The notes beneath the pieces are model-generated. The model saw only the letters and a program-made list of their open reading frames with translations. It was not told the DNA's origin and ran no database searches. Position numbers and translations under genes: made by a program. Of a stretch of DNA of 64,000 bases, positions 1-11,983 are shown piece by piece. Each line of letters opens with the position of its first letter. The first letter of the stretch is position 1. This DNA comes from Lama glama (Eukaryota): assembly GCA_028534125.1 (NCBI GenBank), contig CM052817.1, forward strand, positions 82,152,001-82,216,000, in the 5' to 3' direction.

Positions 1-175
1 TGGATCTGGAGTCAGATTATTTATTCCTTTTGTATGACCTCAGGCAAATTATTTAACCTTACTTTGCCTCAGATTTGTGAAGTGCTGAAGATTAAACAAG
101 TTAATTATGTATAAATTGCTTAGAACAGTACCTGACATATACACTATTATTATGCTATTAATTTTTACTGCTACC
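1..175 (+). mobile_element. MIR SINE (5' part cut by window edge)
   Basis: tctggagtcaga...tgtatgacctcaggcaaattatttaacctt...gcctcag...gaagattaaa...ttagaacagtacctgacatat matches the recalled MIR core and 3' tail. Confidence 0.8.
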
Positions 176-354
176 ATTACTAGTGACATAAGTTCTGAAG
201 TATCTTTTCACATAGGTGAGTTATTTTAGGAGGCAGTAAGTGTATAAATAAAAACAAATAGTATTTTAATACATATTTTACTTTTTCTACATGGCTTAAT
301 AGGAGTTGCTGGTTTGCTTCGAAATCACTTTAGGCACCTAGACTTAGAAGGACA

Positions 355-605
355 TTCTTCCCTCCCCTGCTGTCTGTTGCAGGTTCTCCTACTCCGAAGC
401 TAGGGCAGGGGAAACCGGAAGGTCAGGTACGTGTGCACTGATTAATGAGTGACTACAGGTTAGTGCTGTGACTGTCATCATTGCCACTCTCCTGAGGTCC
501 CCCCACTAGGCGTAGGAAGTGACAAAGCTGCAGCCACCCTTGGCTGAGTGTAAACACAAGTTTGTAAACTGTAAGTGTGAGTTTGCTTGTTAAATGACTC
601 ATCCA
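355..605. promoter_or_regulatory. Candidate enhancer-like GC-richer segment
   Basis: Non-repeat, CpG-retaining segment with ETS accggaag (414), aggaagtg (514), FOX gtaaaca (550) and AP-1 tgactca (595). Confidence 0.35.
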
Positions 606-2427
606 AATGAGAGAAAACAGTTGCATCAAGTTCTACACTTACCAGATTTCCAGAGTTTCAGATACTTAATTGATTACACTTATGTATCAGAGTATGCCAT
701 GGGCTCTCCTCGTACCCTGAGTTTTTTGCTCTTTACTCAAGCAAACATATTCCAGATATCTGTATTTGAAATTAATAAGCAATCATTGAATTTCATCTAG
801 AATTATTTTTTCTGACATCTCACTTGCTTTCTTTGGTACAAAAATAAACAAACAGCTGGTATCTACGATGTTTTGTATTTCAAAAAAAAAACGAATTGTT
901 TGCTCTCAAAATTAATAGAGTGATGACTTTCAGCTAGCAAAGTGGAAAACCTGGAAATAAGATGGATTTGGGGACTTAAAGTTCAGTTTGATTAAAGAAA
1001 CCTTATTCGGCATCTCCTGTGTGCCTGGTACACTGCTATCTAAATGATTACAAAGATGAATGGTTAACCTAGAATAAATGAAAAGAAAAACTCCTGTATG
1101 TTATCAGATGCTGACAAAAGTACAGTTACAAAATAATACTTAAACATTAAGGCACATTTGGCATTTATTTTTTTCCAGTAATAACAAAAAGCATTTAAAA
1201 GAGGAAATTTTAAAATCAACTATTTTAAAGTTCATGTATAGACTTGTATGTCACGTAACAGAGAATAAAAGCTTGTAAAAAAGTGGTTATTCATTTTCAT
1301 ATACCTAATATGGTGAATATGCATGAATAGCAAAACTCCCTCAGCTTGGAAAATATCAGCTTTCTTTGTTCTGCTACTTTGAGCCTTAGCTTAGATCTAA
1401 AGTATAGTAGTTTCAGGGAGAAAATGAGGCCAAAATTCTGTTTCTGCCTTTAAGTGAGAAACCAGTTATCATGCAGTAATTTCTAGAGGTGTTATTTTTT
1501 TTCTCAAATATATTGACCCTTCCACTTGTTTTTCAGTTCAAAAACAGTAGCTTAGTGACAAGAGCAAAATCTTACAGTAAGAAAGGAAAAATTCCCCCAT
1601 CTTAATAAATATAGCAGGGTACATACAGTAAGGGATGAGTCTAGCAGGGGCAGAATGCCATGGATACATGGTAAAGGGATTCCCAAAGATACCACAAAGA
1701 ATTCCACAAGTATCTGCTTCCTAAGGAAGATGACTCTGCTACATATTGAAGCATTTAATGCAATTTAATGAAAATAAGCAGATACTATATAGTGAAATGC
1801 ACATATGTGTTACAGATTGGAGCTTTTCATCAGTAACATAATAACTCCCCTTAGATTTTACAGCCCTTTCCCAAACAGGCAGACAGACACACGTGATATG
1901 GATGGAAAAAGATGGTTTTGCTTTTTTGAGATATGTCGTTGGATTAAATTGATCAAAACAGAGGTTGTCCACTTTGTTTCTAGTAGGGAATTTTTTGTCT
2001 CCTGACAAATTTAATTCAGTTTTTAAAAACTGAAGTGTATCTTAAGTATATGAACTATATAATGTGTGAGTCCATTAGGAAAACTGAATGTTTTCCCCAT
2101 GTACATGGAAATTGTTTTGTTATGTAGCAAATCTATTATACAGCATCTGGATATTCACCCAACAAAAACTGATATGTGAATTATGTTTGCACACATTCTC
2201 AAAAAATAAATAACTGTCCCTGATGAGTAGGTATGTCTGACCACAGAGACCTGGGTTGTAATTAATACTGATGCAGAAACCAAAGTCAGGAATTACTTTA
2301 GCAGATACACTAAACCACACTTTCAGCTTGGACCTTCTGGGCACACCACAGGACCATATAGGCACACTGCACAGGCGCAACACGCTGTCTGGAAACAACT
2401 TGGCAGGTTTAACACAATCACTGAGAC

Positions 2428-2610
2428 CAGGTGTCAGCAAACTTTGTCCTTTAACAGGTCAGATAGTAAATTTTATGACTTGTAGACTGTACTCTGTCCC
2501 AACTCCTTTCCTCTGCTACTGTAGGCGAAAGCAGCCACAGACAATATGTAAGTGAATGGCTGTAGCTAAGTTCCAATAAAACTTTATTTAGACTTAGCCC
2601 ACCAACCTAG
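2428..2610 (+). mobile_element. MER58A hAT-Charlie DNA transposon (MITE)
   Basis: caggtgtcagcaaactt...cagatagtaaat...gcgaaagcagccacagacaatatgtaa...gttccaataaaactttattta follows the MER58A consensus. Confidence 0.85.
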
Positions 2611-3469
2611 ATCATCTAGACATGATAAAGTTTTCCCAAAAAATTAAGGAGCTTGGTGTGAATTTACTCCAAATTTGAGAGTCCTTTTGGATTTATATTT
2701 TTCTAGTTACTTTTTTTTTTTATTTTAACATTTTGTACAGTTGATGTAACCACATTTAAGGGTTCTTTGTTATTGCTCAAACTGGAACCTTTCCTCAAAA
2801 TCTGTTTAGCTGAATTTTTTAATTAAATATAATTTATATACACTATTGTATTCCACAAAGTTTTAATGGAGGCTGACAAAGTTGTCTGCAGGACAAAACA
2901 AAGGTAAAATAGGTGAGAAAAATGAGGCATGGGGTTATGGTAGGATAGAAAAATAAAAAGCAGCAGGATGAGATGCACAAAGGAGAGGCCACGAAATTCT
3001 GTGCCTGTTCTAGAAGTGGAGAACATTTACCTCAAAGCCCTCTGAACAGCAAATGTGAAGAAAGAAAAACACAATCAGATTTATGGGTCAAATTGTTCAA
3101 GTGATGAAACCTCACTGGTGCCGTGGGTAAAGCACGATGAATGAGTCCTAACTTTAATACGTGAGAGAAATTGTTCTTGTGGTCTCTATCAGGAAAACTG
3201 TAGTAATATACTTGTAACTTATTCAACCCCCTAAAAAGATATTTCCAGTAAACACATCGAATGTGAATGGTTTCCTAGGACATCTTAGTCGAGACTTTAA
3301 GTAAAAATATTGGTGATACTGTTGCTTAAATACGATTGTGAGGAAAGCTTTGGTGTTAATATAATGGGTTGCCAGAGGGGCAGTATTAAAGTGTGTTACA
3401 TAAAGTAAAATACTGGGTTAGGGGTTAGAGCAGTAAGTTTACTTAAAATCCATCTTCCATGTACTCAGC

Positions 3470-3535
3470 AAGGTGGTTTATGGACTAGAGGTAAACCGCT
3501 TAGGTTTGAATCCTGACTCAGTCACTTCATCAAGA
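3470..3535 (+). mobile_element. MIR fragment
   Basis: gtggttta...ctaga...taggtttgaatcctgactcagtcactt (B-box region of MIR). Confidence 0.5.
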
Positions 3536-6500
3536 TCAAGTCACAAGCAAATACACAGCAAGTACTCAGCAAGAAATTATCACAAATTCAAACAAAGGAA
3601 AACAGACATGTTTTAAATAAGATTTGCTGGCAACATTTGTCAAAGTTCCTTCTACCAAAAAAAAAAAAATAAATTGTAAGAAATCTCTCCATCCCACCCC
3701 AAAATAGCTAAAAAGATATATTTTTATCATTTTTACAAATGTGTTTCACAAATATTTCTTACCATTAAAATGCTTTATTTCAAGTAAAAATTTTTCTTTA
3801 TTTCAACTTTGTTTAATCATCATATTCTAGACAACGAGGGATCGAGTTTGTTTTCTTAAACCATGTCCAGTAAAAGCTTCACATTCAAATGGTCATATGT
3901 AATTAACAGCTAATATTTCTTTCAATATATGACATAATTCTTCTTTATAATTTACAAAATCCAGTTAGCATCCACAATTGCCTGGCCTTTCTTGAGGACT
4001 CCCAGCCCTTGTTCCACACTGTTGTTCACACGACTTTGCTAGAAAACCAACAATCCAACCACAGTGCTTATGGCAGGTAATGTAGATTTTATTAAAGATT
4101 TCAGGGAGAGATGCTCAACTTCAAGTAAAATTTTATAAAATATATTCTGAAATTTTAAAATTTTTATCCTTTCAAGCTCTCCTGACTAACAGCAGCCTCA
4201 TTCCTATCCTCCCCACACAGCTTCTCCAAATCTCTCCCATTTTCCAGATTCTCACCTTAATTTAAATAATCTACTCAGGAAAATAAAATCTTGAAATTCG
4301 CTGATTTCTAAAGGGAGGTTCCTTAGAAAACAACTCAGCCAAGAGAAAAAGCTGCATCCCTTGCTTCTCAAACATTCCATGCCTGCTCCGCCCCCCGAGA
4401 GAGGTAACCTACTCTGGGGGAATGGCCTTTGTCAGAAATAACTTGAAGGCTTACGGGGGTGTATTTGAAGATACAGCCATGTCACCCTGTCTGCATGCTT
4501 TGACCACACTGGGCTGTTTTCCTGTACCTGAGGGCCCTTCCTTAAAGCAGCATCAGAATGGGGCCTGGGGACCCCGCGTAGCATCTGGGCAGTCCATGTT
4601 CTGGGCCCCCAGCTGCCAGCACCAGCAGTGGCAACAGGTCAGACAGGATGAGAGGCACTCAGCGCTGATTTCCAGTTTGTGTCTCTCTTGATCAAGCTGC
4701 TTTGATCTGGTAGAATAAATAGTACTGTGGTTTATTTTTCTCTTAAAAATGCATAGCTGATTTAATGTATATTCATGTTTCACAATCTAGTCTCTGACCT
4801 GTCATCTATTTTGGCATGTCAGAAATATACATATACATATATATTTTTTCCTCCTTCGCTCCCTTCTGGCATATCTGGCTGTTAACTCTGTGATCTTGGT
4901 GCAAGAGAGGGAATATTATGATCTTATTTTCTTAATGTTTTGTTGTTGTCGCCTCAGTTTTTTTCTAGAAATTATCTATTCTTCTCCAAAAACATATTCA
5001 AATGTACGGTCCTTTCTATACCCTTCCTTTCCTGCCTGAGGAGAGGTGATCATTGCTTCTTCAACGGCTTGCTCCTCACATATATATCCTATTATTCTCG
5101 TATAAAGTTCCTTCCCCTCAACCTTCACAGAAGCTTTATAGTCCTGTTCCCTAGAAAAGTATTTGCCACATAGAACATGATTTGTGTTAATCAAATATAT
5201 AGAAGCTGAGACCAATCACTAGTTTGACTTTTTCAGATGTTAATTTTGGTAAAGCGTTGTTTTGCAATTGATTTCTCACTAGATAAACAAAAATGCATTT
5301 CATGTAGATGGGCACAAATTCACAAAACTCACTGACTTGCAAAAAATCTCCATGGGCAAATACTTTTAATAAAAGTGAGCAAAAGGATTTTTTTCAAAAT
5401 TTTTTCAAAATGCTGCTAAGAAATGACTTATCACTTGTTTCCTACCAGTACAAAGCTTAGTTATTTGTATTGTGCAGTGCAGATAAGTTATCATAAAAAT
5501 TTTTGTCTGATTTTTCTAAGCTAGCTTTGTGAACCCACGTCCGTGTTTGTGTGGGTGGGTGTGTGCGTATGTGGGTGTGAGCATATGTTAAAGAAAGAGA
5601 ATGAGAAAGAGAGAGGTATAGAGGACAAATTTAACTCTTGCTTCAGTGATCACATTGTAGAGGGCACTCAACAATGGCCAGTGGCAAACATATGTGAATG
5701 TAAACCCATGAATGCACCAACCACAGGCATCCTTCTGGTGCAAGAAAAGTGTCATGACTTTACTGTGATCCATGGAATTCAAGTCTGAAACATATAATTT
5801 CATCATCAATCACTATTTCTCGTCCACAGATATACTATTTGTCATGGAAATTTTCTTGAAAGCTCTAAACTGCTGCAAAAAGAACGCAGGAATATATTAA
5901 TTAATCTTTAGTCAAGATATTTTCTGTTTTTTCAGTGGTTTAATTCATTTTACTTACAACCATTTCAAGAGCAGGCTTTTGTCTTTATAACAAAAGCCTT
6001 CCAAAAGAGCTTCAAATTTATAAAAAAAAAATTCTCTTTTACAAATATCAGTATTTCCATAACTTTTAAGAGATTCTTGGGTGTGTTTGATTCATTTCCT
6101 AAAGTGTTAGGTGGACATAAAAATTAATTCTAAGTAATAATGTTGACACTAATTCAGTTACTTTCCTACTTTCAAATAATTACCTGGAATTAAAATTCAG
6201 AATAATTTACTTAAATTTCCTTGAGTTTTTTTTTTTTTAATATATTGAAGTCTTCTGTCCTGTTCATTGATGAGAGTTCAGTCTCTCACTACGCTATGAG
6301 ATTTCCTCCAAAATACTGGCCCTGTGGTATAGTCCTGTGACAGTTAATACAGAGGAGCATGGCATAAAAAATTCCCAAACACCTAATTTCAATTGAACAG
6401 ACAGTAATGAAGTATTCCAGAAATGTGAACAAATGTCAGTACTGATTTGACAGAAAACCTGGAGGTATTTTCTGAAGAGATGAATTTGCATTTAGAAGTT

Positions 6501-7299
6501 GCCCCTCGGATTTATTACCCTCTACTTCTTGGGGACTCTAACAACATTGCTGATTGTGTTAGCTTGGTTTGGTTCGGGTTGTCACAACTCTTTCTTCAGC
6601 TCAGGCATCGCAGTGAATAGTCTCCACTCTTAAGTTCCCACATCATAGCCCTGACCACGACTGTAAACAACAGGACGAAGGAAAAAGGAGAGCATCCTTC
6701 CTTCTGCTTCCACAGCTTACTTTATATGAAGCATATCTCTTACATAGTATTTTGTTTACTGAAAGCAAGCGGTTTTAGGATAAAATGAAGAGGCTCATTG
6801 CCCCTAAGATCAAACTATATGAAAATGTTGTGCCTCTTCTAAATCCAGACTTTATAATCAGGCTAGGGGGTAGAAAAGCTCCTTCTGGAGATCAAACTTT
6901 TGGCAACACTTTAGGATAGAATTGGTGGCAGTACTGGAAAGCTACTGAACAAGAAATAACATCACAGAGTTTACAGCCCAGTGCCAGTTTGTGCCAAACT
7001 CCTTGTCTTCATAAATATTTATGAGTGGTCTCTGCCTTCTTGTTAGAATGGATATCAAAGACAACAGGTGCAGGCAGTGATTGCTCAAACTAGGCCAACT
7101 AACTTTGCTACTGTGTTCCAAGTTTTACATTTAGAAGAATCTGTAGAGGGTAGTCTTTGTGACTTCTTTGATTTATTCATTTTATTTTATAAAATGTTGG
7201 TTGGGCACATCTAAAAGCGAGGGACTTGCTTCCAGAAAGCTGCAGCCTAGCTTGAACAACAGATGCTATATGAGAGATTATGCCAATAACCATTTAATT

Positions 7300-7638
7300 A
7301 CATTTCTGAAGAGTGTAATGAAAGACATACAGGCTATACACGTATATGACAGAGAGATCTGCCTCATGGCCTCATGCCGCGGCATTCTGAGACTTGGAGG
7401 ATGAGTAGACGTTCTCTGGACCAAGTAGAGTGGGAGAGGGAGGGAAGGGGACCACTCCAGAGAGCCTGAGATTCCCAGATGAGAGCTCTGAAGCAGGATG
7501 GCACTTGGTTCCTCCAGGAAACAGAGAGGAGACAAGAGGGACTGGGGTGTGGTAAGCCAGGACGGCAGCAGTGCAAGAGACTAGCAAAACAATCAGAGGT
7601 GGGATCTTAAAAGAGCTGTACAGGCCATGTTAGAAGAT
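7300..7638 (-). mobile_element. L2 LINE fragment
   Basis: ctgagacttggaggatgagtagacgttctc...gtacaggccatgttagaagat, typical purine-rich antisense L2 3' region. Confidence 0.55.
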
Positions 7639-7992
7639 CATTCATTCATCCAATGCATTCAACAAATATCCACTGAAGGCTCAACCTGTGCCACTCACTG
7701 TTCTAAGGGCTGAGGATACGGCTGTGATTGAAAGACAAAGAGAAACCTGATCCTCACACAGCTTAAGTACCAGTGGAGAGACAACAAATTTTAAAAATGA
7801 GTAAATATAAAGTAGGTCAATACATGCTGTGAAGAAAAATAAAATAGGGTAAGGAGAATATGTAAGAACTAACACAGGGGTGCTATTTTACTAAGATTCT
7901 CAAGGAAAACCTCATTACAAGGGACTCTTAAGCAGATAATTAAAGGACAGGAGATGTGAGTAAAGCAGATACCTGGGAAAAATGTCATTAAG
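7639..7992 (-). mobile_element. L2a 3' end (segment left of the Charlie4a insertion)
   Basis: cattcattcat...ttcaacaaatatccactgaaggc...tgtgcca...ctgttctaagggctgaggatacggctgtga = antisense L2a terminus. Confidence 0.8.
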
Positions 7993-8511
7993 AAGAAGTT
8001 TTTAATCTAGACTTCCCCCCTGGAACTCAGGTAGTCAGTGAATCTGGTTTAGAAAAAAAAGAATTAAAATGCTCTTCTCGTTAACCTCTAACTGAAAATT
8101 AGTATTTCTTTCAATGATTCAATGATAAATTTTATCAAGAATCTGGAGGAGTCCTAGCAGCAACTGTAGTTTTGTTACCCAAACAATTCACAGCTATTTT
8201 TACTTATATAACAGAGTTCAGACACTGTGAAAAACATTTACACTCACCACTACTTTGACATTTTAGTCATTGTCAGATGTGGGGCTAGATCTTGTTTTGG
8301 TGAATTACTAAGGAAGCATATATGTTACTATTAAACACGTTTAGTTTAAGAATATTTTTATGGTTTTTATGATGTAAGTGGTTACATTTGTGGTCCTGTG
8401 AGTTTTATTTTACGCCTTATGGAACATCATTCAGGGAAGTGTCCCTTGGCTTTACCTGACTGCTAGACTTCCAGGGAGGGCCTGTGAGGGGGGAAATGTT
8501 AAGGGCCCCCA
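7993..8511 (+). mobile_element. Charlie4a-like hAT-Charlie DNA transposon nested in L2a
   Basis: taacctctaactgaaaattagtatttc...catttacactcaccactactttga...gctagatcttgtt...gaagcatatatgttactat...gttaagggccccc matches recalled Charlie4a across about 520 bp. Confidence 0.7.
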
Positions 8512-8730
8512 TGCTAGAGAGAACAGGGGTCAAAGTCCTCTTGTGGGAGCGTCCTTGATGTGTTCAAGCGGCTGCTCACAAGCCAGGGAGGAGGAAGCAG
8601 AGGGAGCAAGTGGCAGGAGTGACAGGAAAAGAGTTCAGGGAGGTAGAGGCCCAGATCAGTAGGTCACGGTGGGGCTTCACATGTGCACAATGAGGAACCA
8701 TTAAAGGGTTTTAGGCTGAGGAGTAACTTT
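8512..8730 (-). mobile_element. L2a continuation after the nested hAT element
   Basis: gagagaacaggggtcaaagtcct...tgatgtgttcaag...ggaaccattaaagggttttaggctgaggagtaac continues L2a in register. Confidence 0.7.
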
Positions 8731-9854
8731 AAGAAAATTCAGAAAGCCTAATGATAAAATAAATAAGTTAAAAACTAATGAAAACCAAGAAAATTCTGCC
8801 TAACTGGGATAATAGCCTTGTTCCCTATGAGAGCCATGAAAAGACACTGCTTTCCTCCAAAGCATTTTGCTTGTTAAATCAAACGTTTCAGGGTCAGGGC
8901 TGTGCTATACTTTACCAGTAGAAAATTAAACCATGTAAGTTAGAACACTATCGAGAAATAATTTCTTTCTCTGCTTTCTATTATCTACATGCTGAGCTTT
9001 CTAAATTTGCATGGGATTTTTTTTTCAATAAATTTACCTCTTTCTCTCTTGTCTTACTTTACATCTGCAATATCAAAGTTTCCAGAGGTAAGACTTGAAG
9101 TTAACTAGAAGCATTTATTGTCTTGTGTACAAGGAAAGAAAGCAGATGTGTTTTATCAGCTCTGCCGTTGTGATTTTTAACGACACGTTTGGTTAGCCAG
9201 GCCTGCTCATACTTCACAGTGTTGCTCTGTTAAGCCTCATCCTTCCAGCTCAACATACCTACTGAGCTACTTATTGCGTGGACTGTAATGGATGTTTCTT
9301 TCTTGTGACAGGTGAAAAATATACACCAGATCATAATTATTTTCACTCCTAATCACACAACTCTCCCTAGGTTAATTCTTTACTATACTCACCAATTGTT
9401 TATTTACCAGCTTATTTTCTTCCTCCAGACAGGGAGATACTGGTTTTTAACTTTTCTTTGTTTAAATAATTAAACTTAATGTTCCTGCTGCTACTCTTCT
9501 AACAAAATATTTATTCTCTTAGATCTTCTTTAGATTCAAAATTCAAGGAGTCTCTTTATGTCATTTTAGATTTTCTTCCTCTCTATGTCTTTGGTCTGCC
9601 TTTCTCACTTTGTTTGATACATGTATTCTTTTATTAGATTATATTTATTAGAACTGTTATGAATGCCTTTTTTTGAAGAGGAAAAAAAAAACACTTTTAA
9701 ACAGAGACAAAATAAAGTAACGATAACGATTTGCCAAGAGACATTATTCAAGTTTCCTCTTGGCAGCTAAGAATTTTGAATGAATTTCATAAAATTGAAA
9801 CACCAGCCAGGGGAACATAGACATGGCCATAATAATTGCTCAATGATTGTTTTT

Positions 9855-10890
9855 GTTCATTCAGTTATCAAATACTTTAGTCTTTACTCGATATCAGGCA
9901 TTGCAACAGATATTCTGGACACAGAGGTGACTGTTTGGCATGACTTCATGGAGCTTGCAATAAAGTAGGACACGTAGGAATTAAGCAAAACTATAAGTAA
10001 TATACTTATTTTTTATGAATTCAAAACACTATCACAATCAAGAATGTGGTAGAGAAGACTGCAACAAGCAGTTGGCTCAAATTCTCTAAGGAGATTCTGT
10101 TTATGCTGATCCCTGAAGAAAACATGCTTATAACCTAGGTTGCAATAGCCTGGGAGATCATTTTGAGCAAATGATTTGGCATTTTTGTGCATTATGGCCA
10201 TATCTGAGAGAATACGGGGGACTGTGCTAAAAGATAAGATTGAGGAAGTAGGCAGACCAGATTGTGGTGGGCACTGTAGGCCATTTTAAGCCCTTTGGAT
10301 TATGCTTCCATGAGGAATGGGAAACAAATAAAAGATTTATTGCATGTAATTGATGCACACGATTTGTATTTTTGAAAAGAAAATGCCCTGAAAATATTAT
10401 GCAAAATAAAGTTAAGAAATTGAGTAAATGCTGCTGTATGTTTTAGGAAAATACTTTGGTGGTAGATTTTAGCAATGAGAAAAGAAAGTAATGCACCTGC
10501 TTGGGCAGGGTAAGGGAACAGAACTTGGTGTTTGCGTACGAAATGAGGAAGAGAGAGAAGGCAAGGATGAGTCAGAATTTTGGATTAAACACCTAAATGA
10601 GTGGTAGTGCTTTGGATTGACCTAAAGCACACTGTAGGGAAATATTTTTGAGGGCAAAGAGATGGTTATGATATTAGTTTGAGATATATTGAGTTTGAGA
10701 TGTTGGTGATAAATTCAAGTGGAGGTGACAAGTGGTCAGTTACATATATGAACCAATCTGACTGGTCTGGGTTTAAGAGTTTAAGACAACAGGAAACAAA
10801 GAACATAGTGACAGTGAACAGACCCATGTATCTGTAGACAGTAAGCCCAGGAAAGGACCCAGAGAACAGTGCTGGGCATTTAACATTCAG
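9855..10890 (-). mobile_element. L2 LINE (old, about 1 kb)
   Basis: ttcattcagttatcaaatac...catggagcttgcaat...gtaggccattttaag...caaggatgagtc...gagtttgagatg...aagtggaggtgacaagtggtcagtt. Confidence 0.7.
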
Positions 10891-10930
10891 AGTTGATGAA
10901 TCTGTGATGCATGAAAAGGTGTTTATTTTT

Positions 10931-11383
10931 TGTCAGGTTTCAGTTGAATCTGGCTTCTTGTACAGAGACCAGATATAGGCATGGCCCTGTGACTTCACTC
11001 GGGGTTAAGACTAAATGCAGCCCTGAGGGGTGTCCAGGCACATGACCTGCACGATAATAATCACATGTCTGGAGTGAACACGTGAGAGGGCTGGAGGGCG
11101 ATGTGATCTATGACAGTACTCAGCCCTAAAGAGCCATTTCTAACAATATAATACTCAGATCTGGGGGCTCTTGAAAAAAGTGGAAAAGTTTACCTCATTA
11201 TTGCAGGCTTTCTCCCTACTGTAAATAGTGATAAGTCGTCTAGGGGTGGAAATGAGAGGATGGATAGAGGGTAGAGAGGTAAGCCAAGGCAATGGTTGAT
11301 TTAGGGGAGCATCAAAGTCTCCAAAGAAGAAACAATTTTCTGGTGGGGAGGGCAGAATAGTCACAAATTCCCTGCTGCACCAC
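10931..11383. mobile_element. Possible ancient LTR (unclassified)
   Basis: About 450-bp GC-richer block bounded by TG...CA; no TSD seen and family not recognised. Confidence 0.25.
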
Positions 11384-11983
11384 ACTACATATTAAACTCT
11401 GCCACTCTTTGATATGAAGAAAGGCAGAGGGACCAGATCCAACCAAAGTACTACCTGTGCTGTGGGTTGAAACAAGCAAAATGCTGTAAGTAATAGTGCC
11501 TAGTCTCTCTTCCCCTTAACATTAAACTCAGATTGAGTACTTAAAATTGAAGTAGGGATACAATTTCAATAAAATAATGTCTTTTCAATACTTATGTATC
11601 TTATTATTTCATTCTTATAATTTATCATTTTTACATCTCTTCCTTTTACTTTCTGAATTAAAGCACTAGAATGTATTAAAAGCTGACTGAAGGGAGAGAT
11701 ACTAGAGATGTTCTAAATGCTAATCGACTTGTAAGCTACTGATACTTATAACTGACAGCTCAAATAATGAATGAAAACACAGCCACGGATTGATCTGTAA
11801 ACCTGGAATAGACCATGGAGGCCTTCAGTAGCAACACAGGGACTATGAATACTCTATTAGTAAAGCTGGTGAGGTTGAAAGGGTATTGGTCCTTTGGTGA
11901 GTAGATGGTTGCATAATCTACCCAAGATGAGTTAATGTTAAATTGTCAGGAGAATAAAGGATGGATGAAGGAAAGAATAATAA

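Noticed and set aside
1304..1313. Perfect CArG box cctaatatgg (others at 48197 and 62112)
   Set aside because: Several CC(W)6GG matches are expected by chance in 64 kb of AT-rich DNA; one lies in L1MC, and there is no supporting context.
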